This document shows, one piece after another, positions 42,735-54,689 of a DNA stretch of 64,000 bases; the first letter of the stretch is position 1; the number at the start of each line of letters is the position of its first letter. Origin of the DNA: Eledone cirrhosa (lineage: Eukaryota); the NCBI GenBank assembly GCA_964016885.1, contig OZ024740.1, positions 46,314,001 to 46,378,000 on the forward strand, written 5' to 3'. The notes under the pieces were generated by a model. The model searched no databases and was not told the DNA's origin. It saw nothing but the letters and a program-made list of their open reading frames with translations. The position numbers and the translations under genes were made by a program.

Positions 42735-42895
42735 TCACCATCATTACGAGCGTTTAACGTCTATTTTCCACACTAGCATGGGTTAGACATGATGTCCCAT
42801 TGTGAGGCAAGTCAGATCAGGTGACTGTGTCTTACTCATACAGAACTGTTTCTGGTTTGGTTTCTACAGCCTGATGCTCTTCCTAACACCAACAA
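42735..42895 (-). mobile_element. 3' UTR/tail fragment of the long-tailed RTE family, between ~95-bp direct repeats
   Basis: cgtttaacgtc...ctagcatgggttagac...gaggcaag...tttctacagc..gatgc..ttcctaacaccaac matches 13610-13752. Flanking repeats at 42635-42730 and 42900-42992. Confidence 0.7.
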
Positions 42896-43074
42896 CCAAA
42901 AAATGATTTATAATGAATCACCTTTTATGGTGAATCAGTGTCTGAGGGATGGTTCCTATTATTCCAGTTAAAACATTCGAAGAGATTTCATCTATTATTA
43001 ATTATTTGATTAATCAGTAAAGTTTTAAATTGCACACTGTTGCTTTTATTCCTATATACTTATATGTGGTAGTA

Positions 43075-43470
43075 TACTCTGTAGAGTGGTAGTGCTGGTG
43101 CCATGATAAAATGCACTCTGTAAAGAGGTAGTGTTGGTGCCTTGATAAACGCACCCAGTACTCTCTGCAAAAAGGTTGGTGATAGGAAGGGCATCCAGCT
43201 GTAGAAAACCTACCAGACAACTTTCCTGGTATTGGTGCTACGATAAAATGCACTTCATTAAACATGGTAATGTATGTGAGGCTCCCGACCCACTTGGAAA
43301 TCAGTGGTACCACTTAAATGCTGATTGGTCTGTGATGACACATCCAACCCATCATCATCATTTTACGTCCGCTTTTCCCTGCTTGCAAGGGTTGGACGGG
43401 TCCTATTCAGTACAGCATCTCTCCACTTGCCACGGTCCTTCGTCATCTCCTCGTTGAGTTTCAGCTAACG
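43075..43470. mobile_element. SINE central-domain fragment (+, 43075-43240) and RTE 3' tail (-, 43350-43470)
   Basis: ggttggtgataggaagggcatccagctgtagaaaacc; catcatcattttacgtccgcttttccctgcttgcaagggttggacggg. Confidence 0.7.
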
Positions 43471-43854
43471 GAAAACAGATACTGAATGATGCTGTATTGT
43501 GTTTCACTAACATTACCTAAATGGCACACAAAAGAAACAGATTCATCTGTTTCAGTTCAGTCATGCCACTCATTTATTGTACAGACTTCAGTGTTTGCAC
43601 AACTATTGCTGCTGCCCCATTAGATTCTTGACTAACTAGGATTTTCAGTTTTTAAAAAGGAAAGCAGTCAATTGTCAGATTGAATTGAAGAAGCTATGTT
43701 TTCATTGGGGTTTTTTTCCATTGCTGATACTGACTGTCAGTCACATATCCTGGTAGAAAGGGAGAGAATTTGATCACTCAGAATGTAAAGAGCTGGATCG
43801 AATACCACAAATATCCTGTTTGACTCTTTAACAATTCCACCAATGCATTATCCC

Positions 43855-43992
43855 TGAACTGGTACTTCATTCATCAACCCTGAAAGGATGAAATGCAAAG
43901 TTGACCATGGCAGAATATGAACTCAGAGCAGAGAGAACCAGAACAAATGCCATTTCATCCAATGTTTTAACAACCCTGCCAGTTCACCACTT
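43855..43992 (-). mobile_element. Degraded Deu/Nin-domain SINE
   Basis: ctggtacttcattcatcaaccctgaaaggatgaaatgcaaagttgacc...tgaactcaga. Confidence 0.6.
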
Positions 43993-44219
43993 TCAGCCAG
44001 TTTAAGCAGTCCTTTAATTGAACAAATGTTATGGCCAAATGTGTGACACCAGTCAAAAAGATTGAAAATAGACATTACGTTATGGTTTTCAAGCTCTTGC
44101 TAGAACAAGGCGTCATTCAAAGTATTATGACTGAGTTAACTATAATACATTCCCAGTATTTTGTACGTATCCCTAATCTATGTATGATTTGGGCTATTCA
44201 TCAGTTCAAAGGGTTCCTT

Positions 44220-44460
44220 TAACCCTTTCATTATCATATTTCTAATGAAAGACACAGCCTATGGTTTTTCAAATAATTTTGAAAATAATCAAGACTATGG
44301 AGGGATTTTATAACTTTCTCAATATTTATCTGGTGTTTGGAACATAACTAAAGTTCTTACATAAGATTATAATAGAAGGATTTTAGATTAATATGAATGC
44401 TTTAAAATTAGTTCATATCATAGAACAAAGAGTGATTTGGTATCAAGGTGTTTAAATCTG
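44220..44460 (+). mobile_element. TTAA/CCC-start MITE family B (degraded copy)
   Basis: ttaaccctttcattatcatatttct...aaataattttgaaaataat...tggtgtttggaacataact; related copies listed in findings. Confidence 0.6.
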
Positions 44461-45063
44461 ATATTAGAATATATTTGTCACAAGATGTGACCAAGTTTTT
44501 GGTATCTACTAAAATTAGGCCACCAAATACAAGTCCTTGATTTCTTAAGTGTATGTTGTACACCCTTGTGTATATCGTAAACTTTGAAAAGAATATTTGT
44601 TTAATAGGGTTCAAGAATGAATAGCTTGATTCTTTATTTTTAATAAGATAATTCTCTACAATCAGTTTACAAAGAATCTCTGGCAAATTGTCATTCTAAG
44701 AGTTAGATTAGATCAATTATTTTCCCTAGAAATGTGATTCTTTAAGCTATTATAAATGGTACATATCATTTTACATCCAGTATCCAGATATGGATACGGC
44801 AAGTTGTTATGGACCAAATCGGCATTAAATTGGAGTTACTATCTGACTAGATAGGTTTTGGGGAAAGCTTTTCACTCAATAAATTCCATTCTTAGATGCT
44901 AACTATTTTACAGAGTGTACTGGATTCATTTGTGACACCAGCACTAGAGAGGTTGACATACCCTTCACATTACTGAAGAGCCCTCAAGATTATTTTTAGT
45001 GTCCTCAACTATCCAAGCATGGGCAAAACTTAATTTGTCATTACTTTTGTCAGAATTGAATGT

Positions 45064-45240
45064 AACATTTCCAAACTGATCTGGTTCCTATTTTAGTCTA
45101 TTAATAGCACCAACATCTGTAAACAACACTTCCAAATTGATCTGGTTCCTATTTTAGTCTACTAATAACATCAACATCTGTAAACAACACTTCCAAACTG
45201 ATCTGATTCCTATTTTAGGCTACCAAGAACCTCAACATAA
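45064..45240. repeat. 61-bp tandem repeat, ~3 copies
   Basis: Units start at 45064, 45125 and 45186 (aacayttccaaactgatctggttcctattttag...). Confidence 0.9.
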
Positions 45241-45354
45241 ATGATGGTTTTTACTAGGCATGTGAATGATCTGTTGGATCCCATAACTGTATAGATTGAA
45301 AAAATATTTAGTTTCTTTAAACTTTAACAGCTGTATGTATGTATGTATGTATAT

Positions 45355-45470
45355 ATATGTGCAAAAGGCAAACAGAAATAGAGCAAATGACACAGTACAA
45401 TGAAGAAATATATTATTAGTTTTACTCTTGATAGAGTAGGAAATGAGTCTTAACGTTTTGGGTGCTAGCC
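45355..45470 (-). mobile_element. Degraded third copy of the hammerhead-bearing repeat (core broken)
   Basis: aaaaggcaaacagaaata...cagtac...gagtcttaacgttttgggtgctag aligns with 16278-16384. GAAA is mutated and the CTGATGA half is missing. Confidence 0.6.
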
Positions 45471-45479
45471 GAGTGGAGT

Positions 45480-46540
45480 CTTAGGAATGGAAGGGAAGGA
45501 ACTGCGTACACGATGATTAGACAGCCTGATTGACACCCACCCAGCACCCTTTCTGTTGAAGGATTGCTTTGTCATGCCAAAGCTCTTATATACCTTCCAC
45601 AGTACCTCTACTACAGCCAAGTATCTCTTACAGATCTCGATGTCTGCATCCAACAGGCTGCTGAGGGGATATGCAACATCTGGTTTGATGGCAGCAGGCC
45701 ACCTTATTCCTCAAATATAGTGGCTTTGGTCTCCTGTCTCACTGACCCTGTCTGCTTTCCTTTCGCTGGTGACCACTTGCTATGTCCTTATCAACAGGGT
45801 TCTCGCAACACAACGATACCTATGATCAAGGAACGCGAGGATGTCTACGTGACATAGAACCAGCTTGGACTCTACCCTGTGAATGTTCCTCCCCCTCTCC
45901 CCACCGTAGATATCTAGTCCCACCAACAGGAATGGGATGCTATCCTTTGCAACATGATTTCAGATGGGCTAGTGCGTTGGCTCAACCATCACCGTCTGGC
46001 ATGTGTCCGCTCCGCCTCCCAACCCCACAGTAGTGCCTGGCTCAATGCAGTTCCCTCACTTGCAACTGGCACTCAGCTGGATAGTGACTGCTAGCGCATA
46101 GGTGTTTCTCTGAGGCTCAGCCATCGCATCTGAGCCTCACATGCTGCTGCAGTTCCATTGTGGATCCTTTCGGTCTCCACCCACTGTCATGCTGTTACAG
46201 TGCTGGCTACCTCCCTTGTCTTGCTGCTCTCAACAAGATCATAAAGCATGGCCGGGATGGCGCAGGCTTCCCTTCCCTACTCAAGTAGCAACCTGGTGTT
46301 ATTGGCTATAAGCCTAGGCTCTGCTGCCCGCCAAGCCGAAGAGGGCAAACTATCCAGGTATCGGTCACTCTCGGATAGGTTTGTGGTAGAGTCTGTAGCA
46401 GTGGAGACTTCTGGTGTTCTTAGACTCCCGACCACATCGCTACTCACTACTATTGGTGCAAGGTGGAGTGGTTGTTCCAGTGCATCTCCCTTGCCGTCGT
46501 CCTGGCCAATGTATTCTCCATCCTGTTGGACTGGACCCAG
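45480..46540 (+). mobile_element. Degraded CRE-like RLE non-LTR retrotransposon
   Basis: HSSAWLNAVPSLATGTQLD....IGVSLRL, VDPFGLHPLSC..SAG, AARQAEEGKLSRYRSLSDRFVVESVAVETSG, WLFQCISLAV. Confidence 0.8.
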
Positions 46541-47920
46541 CAGTAGAGAGTAAATTAGTAGGAAGTGGAGGATACTCATTTGGATGTCACTTTCTCTCCA
46601 TTTCCCCATATCTATCTTAAAACTTCTACCATAATTTTGTGGTGCAAGAATTTATACAAACTTTAACTTTTTATTACCACTTTGTCATTTGAAACTGTTT
46701 TATTGTTTCATAGATTATTATGACTGTAAACTCAATAGAAAATACAAGGGACCTGAAGCAAATGATATGCTGCTTTATTCATGCCCTTTTACTGATCATG
46801 CATCACCATTTACTTCATATACATCATTTACTGCTCATGCAACATCATGTATTGCACGTGCATCATTTACTGCACATACAGCACCACTTACAGCTCATGC
46901 AACATTGAGTACTGCACATTCAGCATCGTTAACTGAGTTGGATCGGTTGTCACAGACCAAGTCATTACATAATTGGAGCTTCTGACTTCTCAGACAGGCC
47001 AGTGTTATGGCATTTTATTGCCGCACCAGCACTAGGGAGCTGGAGAGTCCTCCTGACCCCTTTGTTTAGCATGTTTTCTACAGCTGGATGCCCTGCATTT
47101 GCTATATCTTGAGCATTATGATATGGTGGTAACTGTGATGTTCAAGATACTCACAGCAGCTCCTATATACACCTGTATAAAGTATAGAAATGTTCTGTAT
47201 ATTAAGTAAGGGATGCAATTCATGTATGCTTATCAATACAGAATTCAGAGTCTAGAATTATGAGTTTCTTTACTAAGAATTTTAAAAATATAACTGCACA
47301 CCAATTTTCTCTGCCACCCTTTCACCCTACCTCTGTCTCTCTACTCCCTCCCTTCCTCTTACCTTACGCCCCTCTCTGCCTCCCTCCCTCTCTTCTGCCC
47401 AGCAGTGTGGTTGTGATCAACACAACTTCGGCCACATTATTGTATGTTATATCTTTATATAATGTCTCTAATACCTGGACTTGACTGGCTGCTTCCTTTT
47501 TGTGCCAGTCATGGTCAAGACATCCAGTTTCCTCTGTTCCCAAACTGCTATTTTCCTTTGCAAAATTGGTAGGAGTGTATCCCATCCGAGGATGAGCCCT
47601 ATGCAGTGCGAGTTGTTGGCTGTTCTCTGTGGTGGCAATACCTTTGCCATTTTCTCAGCGGGACACAACTGAGAAATACCACCTTGATTGGGGTCTAGTT
47701 TGCTGCTCCCTCTCTTTCTTTCGCAATTTAATTTTTCTCTTTTGGTGTGTTTTTTTTTTTCTGCAAACATTATTTATATAATTCAGTTGAACATTGTAAG
47801 TCCTCTCCATAACATGTATCTGTCTGTAAGCTCTCTGTATAACATGTGTCTGTCTCTAAGCTCTTTTTATATTGTTCTATTTATTTATTTCAGTATTTTC
47901 TGATATTTTTGCTGTCCACC

Positions 47921-48430
47921 ATGTCCAGCAATGGTTGTTGCTATCTGGATACCTGCAGTGATGCAGCTAATGAAGAGTTTAACTCTAACAGAGATACATT
48001 AAATGTGTCGCTATCTCCTCCTGTTGTCTCTTTTACTAACATGTCTGATGTTGGGGCCACTGAAATTGTTGCTAAACAACTGTATAATGGAGAAACTGGC
48101 CTGGGCCTGGACGAAAAGACTCATGATGACATTGATAGTGACATCACTATGGAGTATCATTTTAAGACAATCGACAGCAACAACTATACCAACAACCTTG
48201 GCAGTAACACGCCAGTGTCTAGTGCAGTCATTACACCAAGCACATCTGACACAGATACCATTACAAACAGTAGTATGAGCAGTGGTAGCAACAGTCCTGT
48301 AAACTTTAAGTCAGCTGATGATGACAACAACAAGAATTGTAACAATAAAAGGAAATTGATGTTTTCTGTAGGTCAAGATGTTTTGGCCAGATGGAATGAT
48401 GGACTCTTCTATTTAGGCAATATTTTAAAG
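47921..48430 (+). CDS. Pcl: Polycomb-like protein (PHF1/MTF2/PHF19 family), coding exon 1: Ser/Asn/Thr-rich N-terminus plus start of Tudor domain
   Basis: Acceptor tttcag ends 47893; Kozak ccaccATG at 47921; ends FSVGQDVLARWNDGLFYLGNILK|gtatga (phase 0), the PCL Tudor signature. Confidence 0.92.
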
Positions 48431-48593
48431 GTATGATATTTTCATTGTAAATAAAACAAAATAACTGTTGTATATATATATTTTTTAACCCTTTCGTTAT
48501 CGTATTTCTTATAAAATACACTTCATATTATTTATAATTCATTTTTATAGGATTTTGTAGAATGTTTTTCATTTTTAATCTTTTTTTTTTTAA

Positions 48594-48791
48594 CCCTTTA
48601 GCATTTAAACCGGCCATAATTCTCTTACCTTTTTCTGTTCAAACCGGCTATAACTGGCCACTCATACTGATGTTAAGGTATTGTTCTCAAAATAAATAAT
48701 ATCAAAATCTCATAGATTTGATATTATGTGAGATAAAGCCTTTACTATGAAAATACAATAATATATAGAGAGTAATGTAAATGCTAAAGGG
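48594..48791. mobile_element. piggyBac-like MITE family A with perfect 14-bp TIR and TTAA TSD
   Basis: TTAA|CCCTTTAGCATTTA ... TAAATGCTAAAGGG|TTAA. Confidence 0.9.
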
Positions 48792-48800
48792 TTAAACAAC

Positions 48801-49019
48801 TTAACCCTTTCATTATCGTATTTGTTATGAAAGACTTTATAATTTTCAAATAATTTTGAAAATAATTGGAAATTTTGAGGTATTTTGGAAAAACCTTTTT
48901 GATTATTAAGCTGGTGTTTAGAGCATAACTTATCAAGGGTTCTAATGGAAAGTTTTTAGATAAATGTAAACAGCTTAGTAGCTGTTTATATTTATTTGGT
49001 AATGTATCAAAAAGGTTAA
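48801..49019 (+). mobile_element. MITE family B copy (TTAA-flanked)
   Basis: ttaaccctttcattatc ... gtatcaaaaaggttaa. Confidence 0.7.
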
Positions 49020-50274
49020 GACAGTTCATTTTATAAACATAATTAAATAAGCAAATAATGGAGTAGAATAAAATTAATGAAGTGAAAAGACATCTAGAGA
49101 ACCTCAGGTCATGTCTTGTTCAAATTATTTTGATAAAAATATATAAAACTGTGAGTGATAATTAACTTAACAACTTTTAATGCAATGTTGATTTTGCCTT
49201 TCCTTTCACTGTTCCAGTGTTGATGAAATAAGTGACAAATTTGTACTGAGTAGTAGGGTTTGTCTAATTTTGTTAAATTTATTCTTAATATTTGAGATTT
49301 CATGTAACAGCAACTATTTTAAAACCAATGACAGGCTTTATCATGTGGTTCTTTGTTAAGCAATGTTTTATAGCCGGATACCCTTCCTGGTGCCAACCAT
49401 TTTAGTTGCGTCTTATGATACAACGATAGAATGTACCTGTTCTAAACGAGATATACACAGTAGATATAAGACCTTGTGTGTGTGTATAAATTAATATTAC
49501 TACTTAGTGAAATGATAGCATGCCAGGTGAATATTTGGTTTCAATATATTATCTCCTGAATTCACAGTCACCAGGTTAATTTTGTTTTGTACCTGGGCTC
49601 TACAGGTGTTGTTTCAATGTGCAGTCTTTGTGGTTAAAAAGTCCACTTTAGAATTATATGGTTTTGAATTTGATGCCGCATTGGCAAGTTCTATTTACCA
49701 TAGCCTCAGGACAACCAAGCCTTACAAGTGGAATTTGGGAGATGGTAGACTCAGATGTTACTGTCTTTTGGTGGTAGACTTAATCCATCATCCAGTTTAA
49801 CACCACCACTTGTTCCTTAGAGGGACTGTTACTGTCTTTTGGTTGTAAACTTAATCCATCATCCAGTTTAATACCACTGTCTTCCCCTAGGATGTCTCAG
49901 GTTTTGAAAAGAGACAGGTATGTTACCTTTTTTTTTATATCACTTATACACCAATAAGCATTTTAAGGCAATTTTTTTCTGCCAAAGAAAGGACTAGTTT
50001 TGTGAGCCCCTTAATAGACTTCTTATTGATCTTGGCAGTCCTTTTTGAGGCAGTGATTTACAGCTAGATTCCCTTACTGTCACCCATTAGTCAATTCTTA
50101 CAACACTTGAAGATATAGTGTATCTATTCTAAACCTGGTACAAACGACATCACTGGTACACCTTTCATACTAATTTGTGACCTTGTACTATAGTAAAAAT
50201 ATGTTACTAAAACAAAATCAATGAAATTACTGTATTTTACTGTGAAAAAGCCTCTAAATTTTATTCCATTCCAG

Positions 50275-50356
50275 GTAGATGACAAAGCCTGTAAATGTTT
50301 TATCCGTTTTGAGGATGATTCTGAATTTTTGGTTATGTTTAAAGATATTCAAAGAG
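50275..50356 (+). CDS. Pcl: Polycomb-like coding exon 2 (rest of Tudor domain)
   Basis: ttccag|VDDKACKCFIRFEDDSEFLVMFKDIQR-G|gttagt; 82 nt, phase 0 to 1; matches the PCL C...FEDDS.F.V..KDI motif. Confidence 0.93.
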
Positions 50357-50639
50357 GTTAGTGCTTTTTGCATATATATATATATTATTAATATTCTACC
50401 TAATTAAGGTAGGACTTAGAACTCAATGTAGTGTGGATATGAATATCTCATTGAAGCAAAGTGAAATCTATTAGTGGGAAAAATGATATCTTATATGATA
50501 TTTAGTATTCAAATAACTACAGTCAGATATATAAGGTTGAACAATGATTACAAAAAGATGAGTTTTGAGGATAAACAGTGAGATGGGGGTGTTTTGTCAA
50601 TGGTAATACTATGGAGTTACATAGTTACTAACTATTAGT

Positions 50640-51400
50640 CATCATCATAATCATCATTGTTTTTACGTCCATTTTTCCACACTTGCATGGGTTGGACGGG
50701 TTTTTTCAGCACAAAATCTCTTGTCGCATTCGTTTGTCATCTCTTCTGTGAGTCTTAGCAATTTGAGATCAGCTGTCACCACCCTCACTCAGGTCTTCCT
50801 TGGTCTTCCTCTACTGCAGTTTCCTTCCACTGTGATTTCCTGGCATTTCTTCACTGGGCAATCATCATCCATATGCATCACATGTCCATACCAATGCACA
50901 CCACTTCAGATTCCATTGTTGGAATTTATTCTCTAGATTTTTTATGGATTCAGTTATAAGGACCAGATCATCCACATAGAGAAGTTCCCATGGATAGCCA
51001 GTCTTAAATTCCTCTGTTATAGTCTGGAGGACTATAATGAACAGAAGTGGGTTGAGGATCGAACCCTGATGAACTCCTACCTGTACCTTGAATTCCTCAC
51101 TAAACATTCTCTCACTTTACTAACAGCTCCTCCTCATTGACTATGTGGATTACTTGTTCAGATCCTACTTCTCCAGATACTTTTAACATCTCATTGATTG
51201 TTTCTTTGACCCTATAACTGTCAATTTCCATAGCTGGTTTCTCAGTTGGGTAAGTTGGCGGTAGTCTAGTCTCTCCTCCTCCCATTCATCAGTCTCTCAT
51301 AGTTACATTTCCAGACCTCTTTCTTTTGAGCATCAGTGGTGCTAAGTGCACCAGTGTCATTTCTAGTACACTTTTCCACAACATTCTAATTCACACTGAC
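50640..51400 (-). mobile_element. Degraded, internally deleted RTE LINE (short-tail type) in a Pcl intron
   Basis: EEFKVQVGVHQGSILNPLLFIIVLQTITEEFKTGYPWELLYVDDL; tail CCCGTCCAACCCATGCAAGTGTGGAAAAATGGACGTAAAAACAATGATG directly after the ORF end. Confidence 0.88.
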
Positions 51401-52224
51401 CCACTACCTATTTATTGATAATATCATGGTTCATTTTGTCCTTTGATATAATCCTAAAACAATGGATTAATTAAGCATTGAACCTTGTCTGTTTGTTTTC
51501 ATTGTTCAACCTATATATATATTATAAACATTTTGATATGTTTACATTGTAAGTGATGTACAGTCAGATCCTTCCTGGGGTTTTTTTAGTTCATTCATTA
51601 AAGAGAAAATATTTGATTATGTTTATTTTATTTTTGAACAAATTGTTGTCTGTTGTGTAATTAAATTGAGGCCTTTTCTTTTGGTATTTTCATTAACCTT
51701 TGTGTTACCATATTTCTAATGCTTATGGTTTTTAATTCATTTTGAAAATAAACAAGAATGTGGAGGGATTTAGTAATAGAGCTAACTTTCTTATGATTAA
51801 CTTGGTGTTTGGAATATAACTTAACAAAGGTACCTAAATAAAAATTATTTGGAAATATTTCTAAGTAAATATAAACACTTTAAAACCACAACTTTGTGTC
51901 ATAGAATCAGGGATGTTTCAGCAGTTTATTATCAATAGGATTAACCTAAGAGATAGAAACATTCGAATTTGCCTTCAGAACTAGTTAGATATGGCTATAT
52001 AGCATGTGCATTGATCCTGAAAAGATGAGTGTTTGAACTATTATAACCAAAATTGTGAGCCCAAATTACTAATAACAGTTGTAAAATGATTTTTGTTTCA
52101 TTGTTTTTAAATAGATTTTTCATTTGCTTTATTGTTTTACCTGTACTTTCCATAGTATTAGCATGATTTTACTGGCTAGGCTGCTTAATCCTTTCATTAC
52201 TATATTTCTAACGAAAGATGCTAT

Positions 52225-52570
52225 CTCATCATCATTTCATTTCATTTTTACGTCCGCTTTTTCCCTGCTTGCAAGGGTGGGACAGGAACTGATGCTGGCT
52301 TGATTTCTACAGCTGGATGCCCTTCCTAACACCAACCTCATTTACAGTGAGTGCTGGGTGCTTTTTTGCCGTGGCACCTCCACGACCACTTTACAGTGGA
52401 ATGATAGGGACCTCAGTCCCTATCATCTCATTTCTACAGCTGAGTAAACTGGAGCAATGTGAAATAAAGTGTCTTGCTCAAGGAAACAACACATCACCCA
52501 GTCTGCGAATTGAACTCACAACCTTTCGATTGCAAGGCCAATGCTCTAACCACTAAGCCATGTGCCTCCA
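52225..52570 (-). mobile_element. Full-length tRNA-derived SINE with Meta-like core and RTE-derived tail, nested in a family-B MITE
   Basis: A box TGGCTTAGTGG, B box GAGTTCAATTC, CCTTGAGCAAGACACTTTA core, GGTTGGTGTTAGGAAGGGCATCCAGCTGTAGAAA segment, tail CCCTTGCAAGCAGGGAAAAAGCGGACGTAAAAATG..ATGATG. Confidence 0.88.
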
Positions 52571-52763
52571 TTTTTTAAATAATGAAAAATTTTGAAGTGT
52601 TTAGTAGTATAACTAACTCATTATTAAGCAGTTGTTGGGAACATAACAAAGGTTCTAAAGTAAAATTATATTAGGTGTTGAATAAATATATAACACTTCA
52701 AAATAAAAGTTTTGTGGTTGGCAGCCACTACGGAGAATTCGACTCAATCTTTTGAATTCCAGC

Positions 52764-53061
52764 CATGTACTGCCAAATGGCAGCTGACAATAGTTTCTGT
52801 CCAAATTAGGACCTATATAGGGCTAGAATTCAAGAGAATTCAAGTTCGAATCTCTGTAGTTGCCACTGGCCACTTATTTTCTGTCCCTGAGGGTATTTTA
52901 CCTGATTTCTAATGCTGACAATGTCTTTTGGGATATCAGCATTTCTAATTTCATCTAAACACTTTGATAAATTGTAAGATTTATTTAAGTTTGGTCCTAG
53001 CTGCTAAAGCTATTGTATACAGTTCCTAATTTGTACAGAAAGTGTTGTCAGCTGCCATTTG
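52764..53061. mobile_element. MITE/foldback with >=37-bp imperfect TIRs; right TIR interrupted by the CR1 insertion
   Basis: AAATGGCAGCTGACAATAGTTTCTGTCCAAATTAGGA (52775-52811) versus TCCTAATTTGTACAGAAAGTGTTGTCAGCTGCCATTT (53024-53060). Confidence 0.75.
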
Positions 53062-53472
53062 TTCAATAATAATGAACATATTGTGTACAGTGCTCAGGTG
53101 CACTACAACTCATCAAAAAGTGTATGTATAGTACATAGGGTAATGTACAAACGTCAGGAAAATGAACAGCACATGAGTCATGATATACACATGTGTGCAT
53201 GTGTATGGAAGGAGTACATCAGGTGTAGTTTTGGCGAATTTTGGGAAGCATGAGGGTTTTAAAGGTTGCAGTGTCTCGGCAGCTAACAACTGACGCAGGC
53301 AGTTTGTTCCATGCTTCAGTAACTCTAAGCGTGAAAAAATGTTTCCGAAAGTCATGGGAGCTGTGCTGTTTTCTGATTTTGTAGGCATGTCCACGTGTGT
53401 TAGACACATGGAGATCAAAAAGGTGCTCAGGGTTGTTGTTGGCGAGATGGTTAATAACTTTGTGGGTGTTTA
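53062..53472 (-). mobile_element. 5'-truncated CR1-clade LINE 3' end with 7-bp TSD
   Basis: TRGHAYKI......RKHFFTLRVTEAWNKLPASVV......FK C-terminal signature; (ATT)n tail; CCATTTG at 53055-53061 and 53473-53479. Confidence 0.85.
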
Positions 53473-53846
53473 CCATTTGGTGTAAATGTTAACATATTTG
53501 GCCAGAATTCAATAGATACTGAGTTAGATTCTCAGTAGTGTCTGCTGGCCACTTATTTTCTGTCCCTGGAGGTATTTCACCTGGTTCTCTAACACTATTT
53601 ATCAGTGTAGTAACTGCGTTTGGGTATCAACATTTCAAGTTTAAAATAATTCAAATGCCTCAATAAATTGTAAAAAAAAAGGGTTTTGTATTGTTTTGTA
53701 TAACCAGGGAAGGTTTCAGATGGTTGAAACAAATATTTGTATTTTTTATACCATCCAACTGTTACTAGTATAGAAAATATCTGGGTTTTTAATAAGAAAC
53801 TAAATTTGTTATTAAAATAATGAGTGTTTTTGTACATTAATTTTAG

Positions 53847-53939
53847 GAGCTAAAGAAGGAGAAATAATGTGTTGTTCCTGTCTAGGTGAATCTTCAGATG
53901 CTCCAGATGAAATAGTTCTCTGTGATAATTGTGGATTAG
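53847..53939 (+). CDS. Pcl: Polycomb-like coding exon 3 (first half of PHD finger 1); the gene continues beyond the window
   Basis: ttttag|(G)AKEGEIMCCSCLGESSDAPDEIVLCDNCGL-G|gtaaga; 93 nt, phase 1 to 1; C..C......P.E.V.CD.CG motif of PCL PHD1. Confidence 0.92.
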
Positions 53940-54689
53940 GTAAGAAGGTTTTGGGAATTACCAATTTTAGTATTTTTTTTAATGTTCTATTTCATAAATT
54001 TGTTTAATTTTCGTTAATGGAAAATAAAACTAATTGACAGTAATGCTACTACTAAATCTTTTAAAACTCATTTTGTCCACCAACCTTGGTCCACTCACAA
54101 CCATACTCCCTCTTATTTTCATAAATTTTCCATATTATATTATACATTGAATTCATATTTATTGTCTCATTCTCTTTAATGCCAATCTATGTATAAATCA
54201 ATTTATGAAAGTAGTTGGTGATGGGGGAGTTTCTATGTGCTGGGTGATATTTTTCTAATGAAGTGTTTCTTTAGACCAATATTGACTGGAGTGTAGGAAT
54301 AATTTAGGTAAGTTTAACCCAATTTCTGTGAAGAACTAACTCAGTAGGAAACTTCTCAGTATGAACAGTTAGTTTAGGGTGGTTGGGGTCATTAACCAAT
54401 CATTAATATATTTCTTTAAAAAACACTGCTTGTGATTATCCAAAAATTTTGAAAATAATGAAAGGATTTAGTGACATAATTTACTTTCTCATTATTTATC
54501 TTGTGTTTGAAATAGCTTAATAAAGGTTCTTGCATGAAAGGTTTTTAAAAATAAATATAAACACTTTGAAACAAGCATCTTTGTATTGTAGAACCATGGG
54601 TAGTTTCAAGTGGTTTGGTGCAGCAAATACTTATTTAGAGTAATTTGGATTTACTATGTCACTTTATACTACATTTTTTATAGCTTAGT

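Noticed and set aside
46790-46930. His-rich / TAH-repeat ORFs
   Set aside because: Short degenerate tandem repeat (gcatcatttactgc) in an intron, with no splice or domain support.
47560-47690. HDV-like ribozyme on the minus strand (TGTGTCC/GGATACA stem, TCCTCG loop)
   Set aside because: No P1.1 GG after the P1 3' strand and no identifiable P4/J4-2/P2.
47846-47920. N-terminal extension of Pcl in the ORF track
   Set aside because: It begins at a GTG upstream of the splice acceptor at 47893; the ATG at 47921 has a strong Kozak context.
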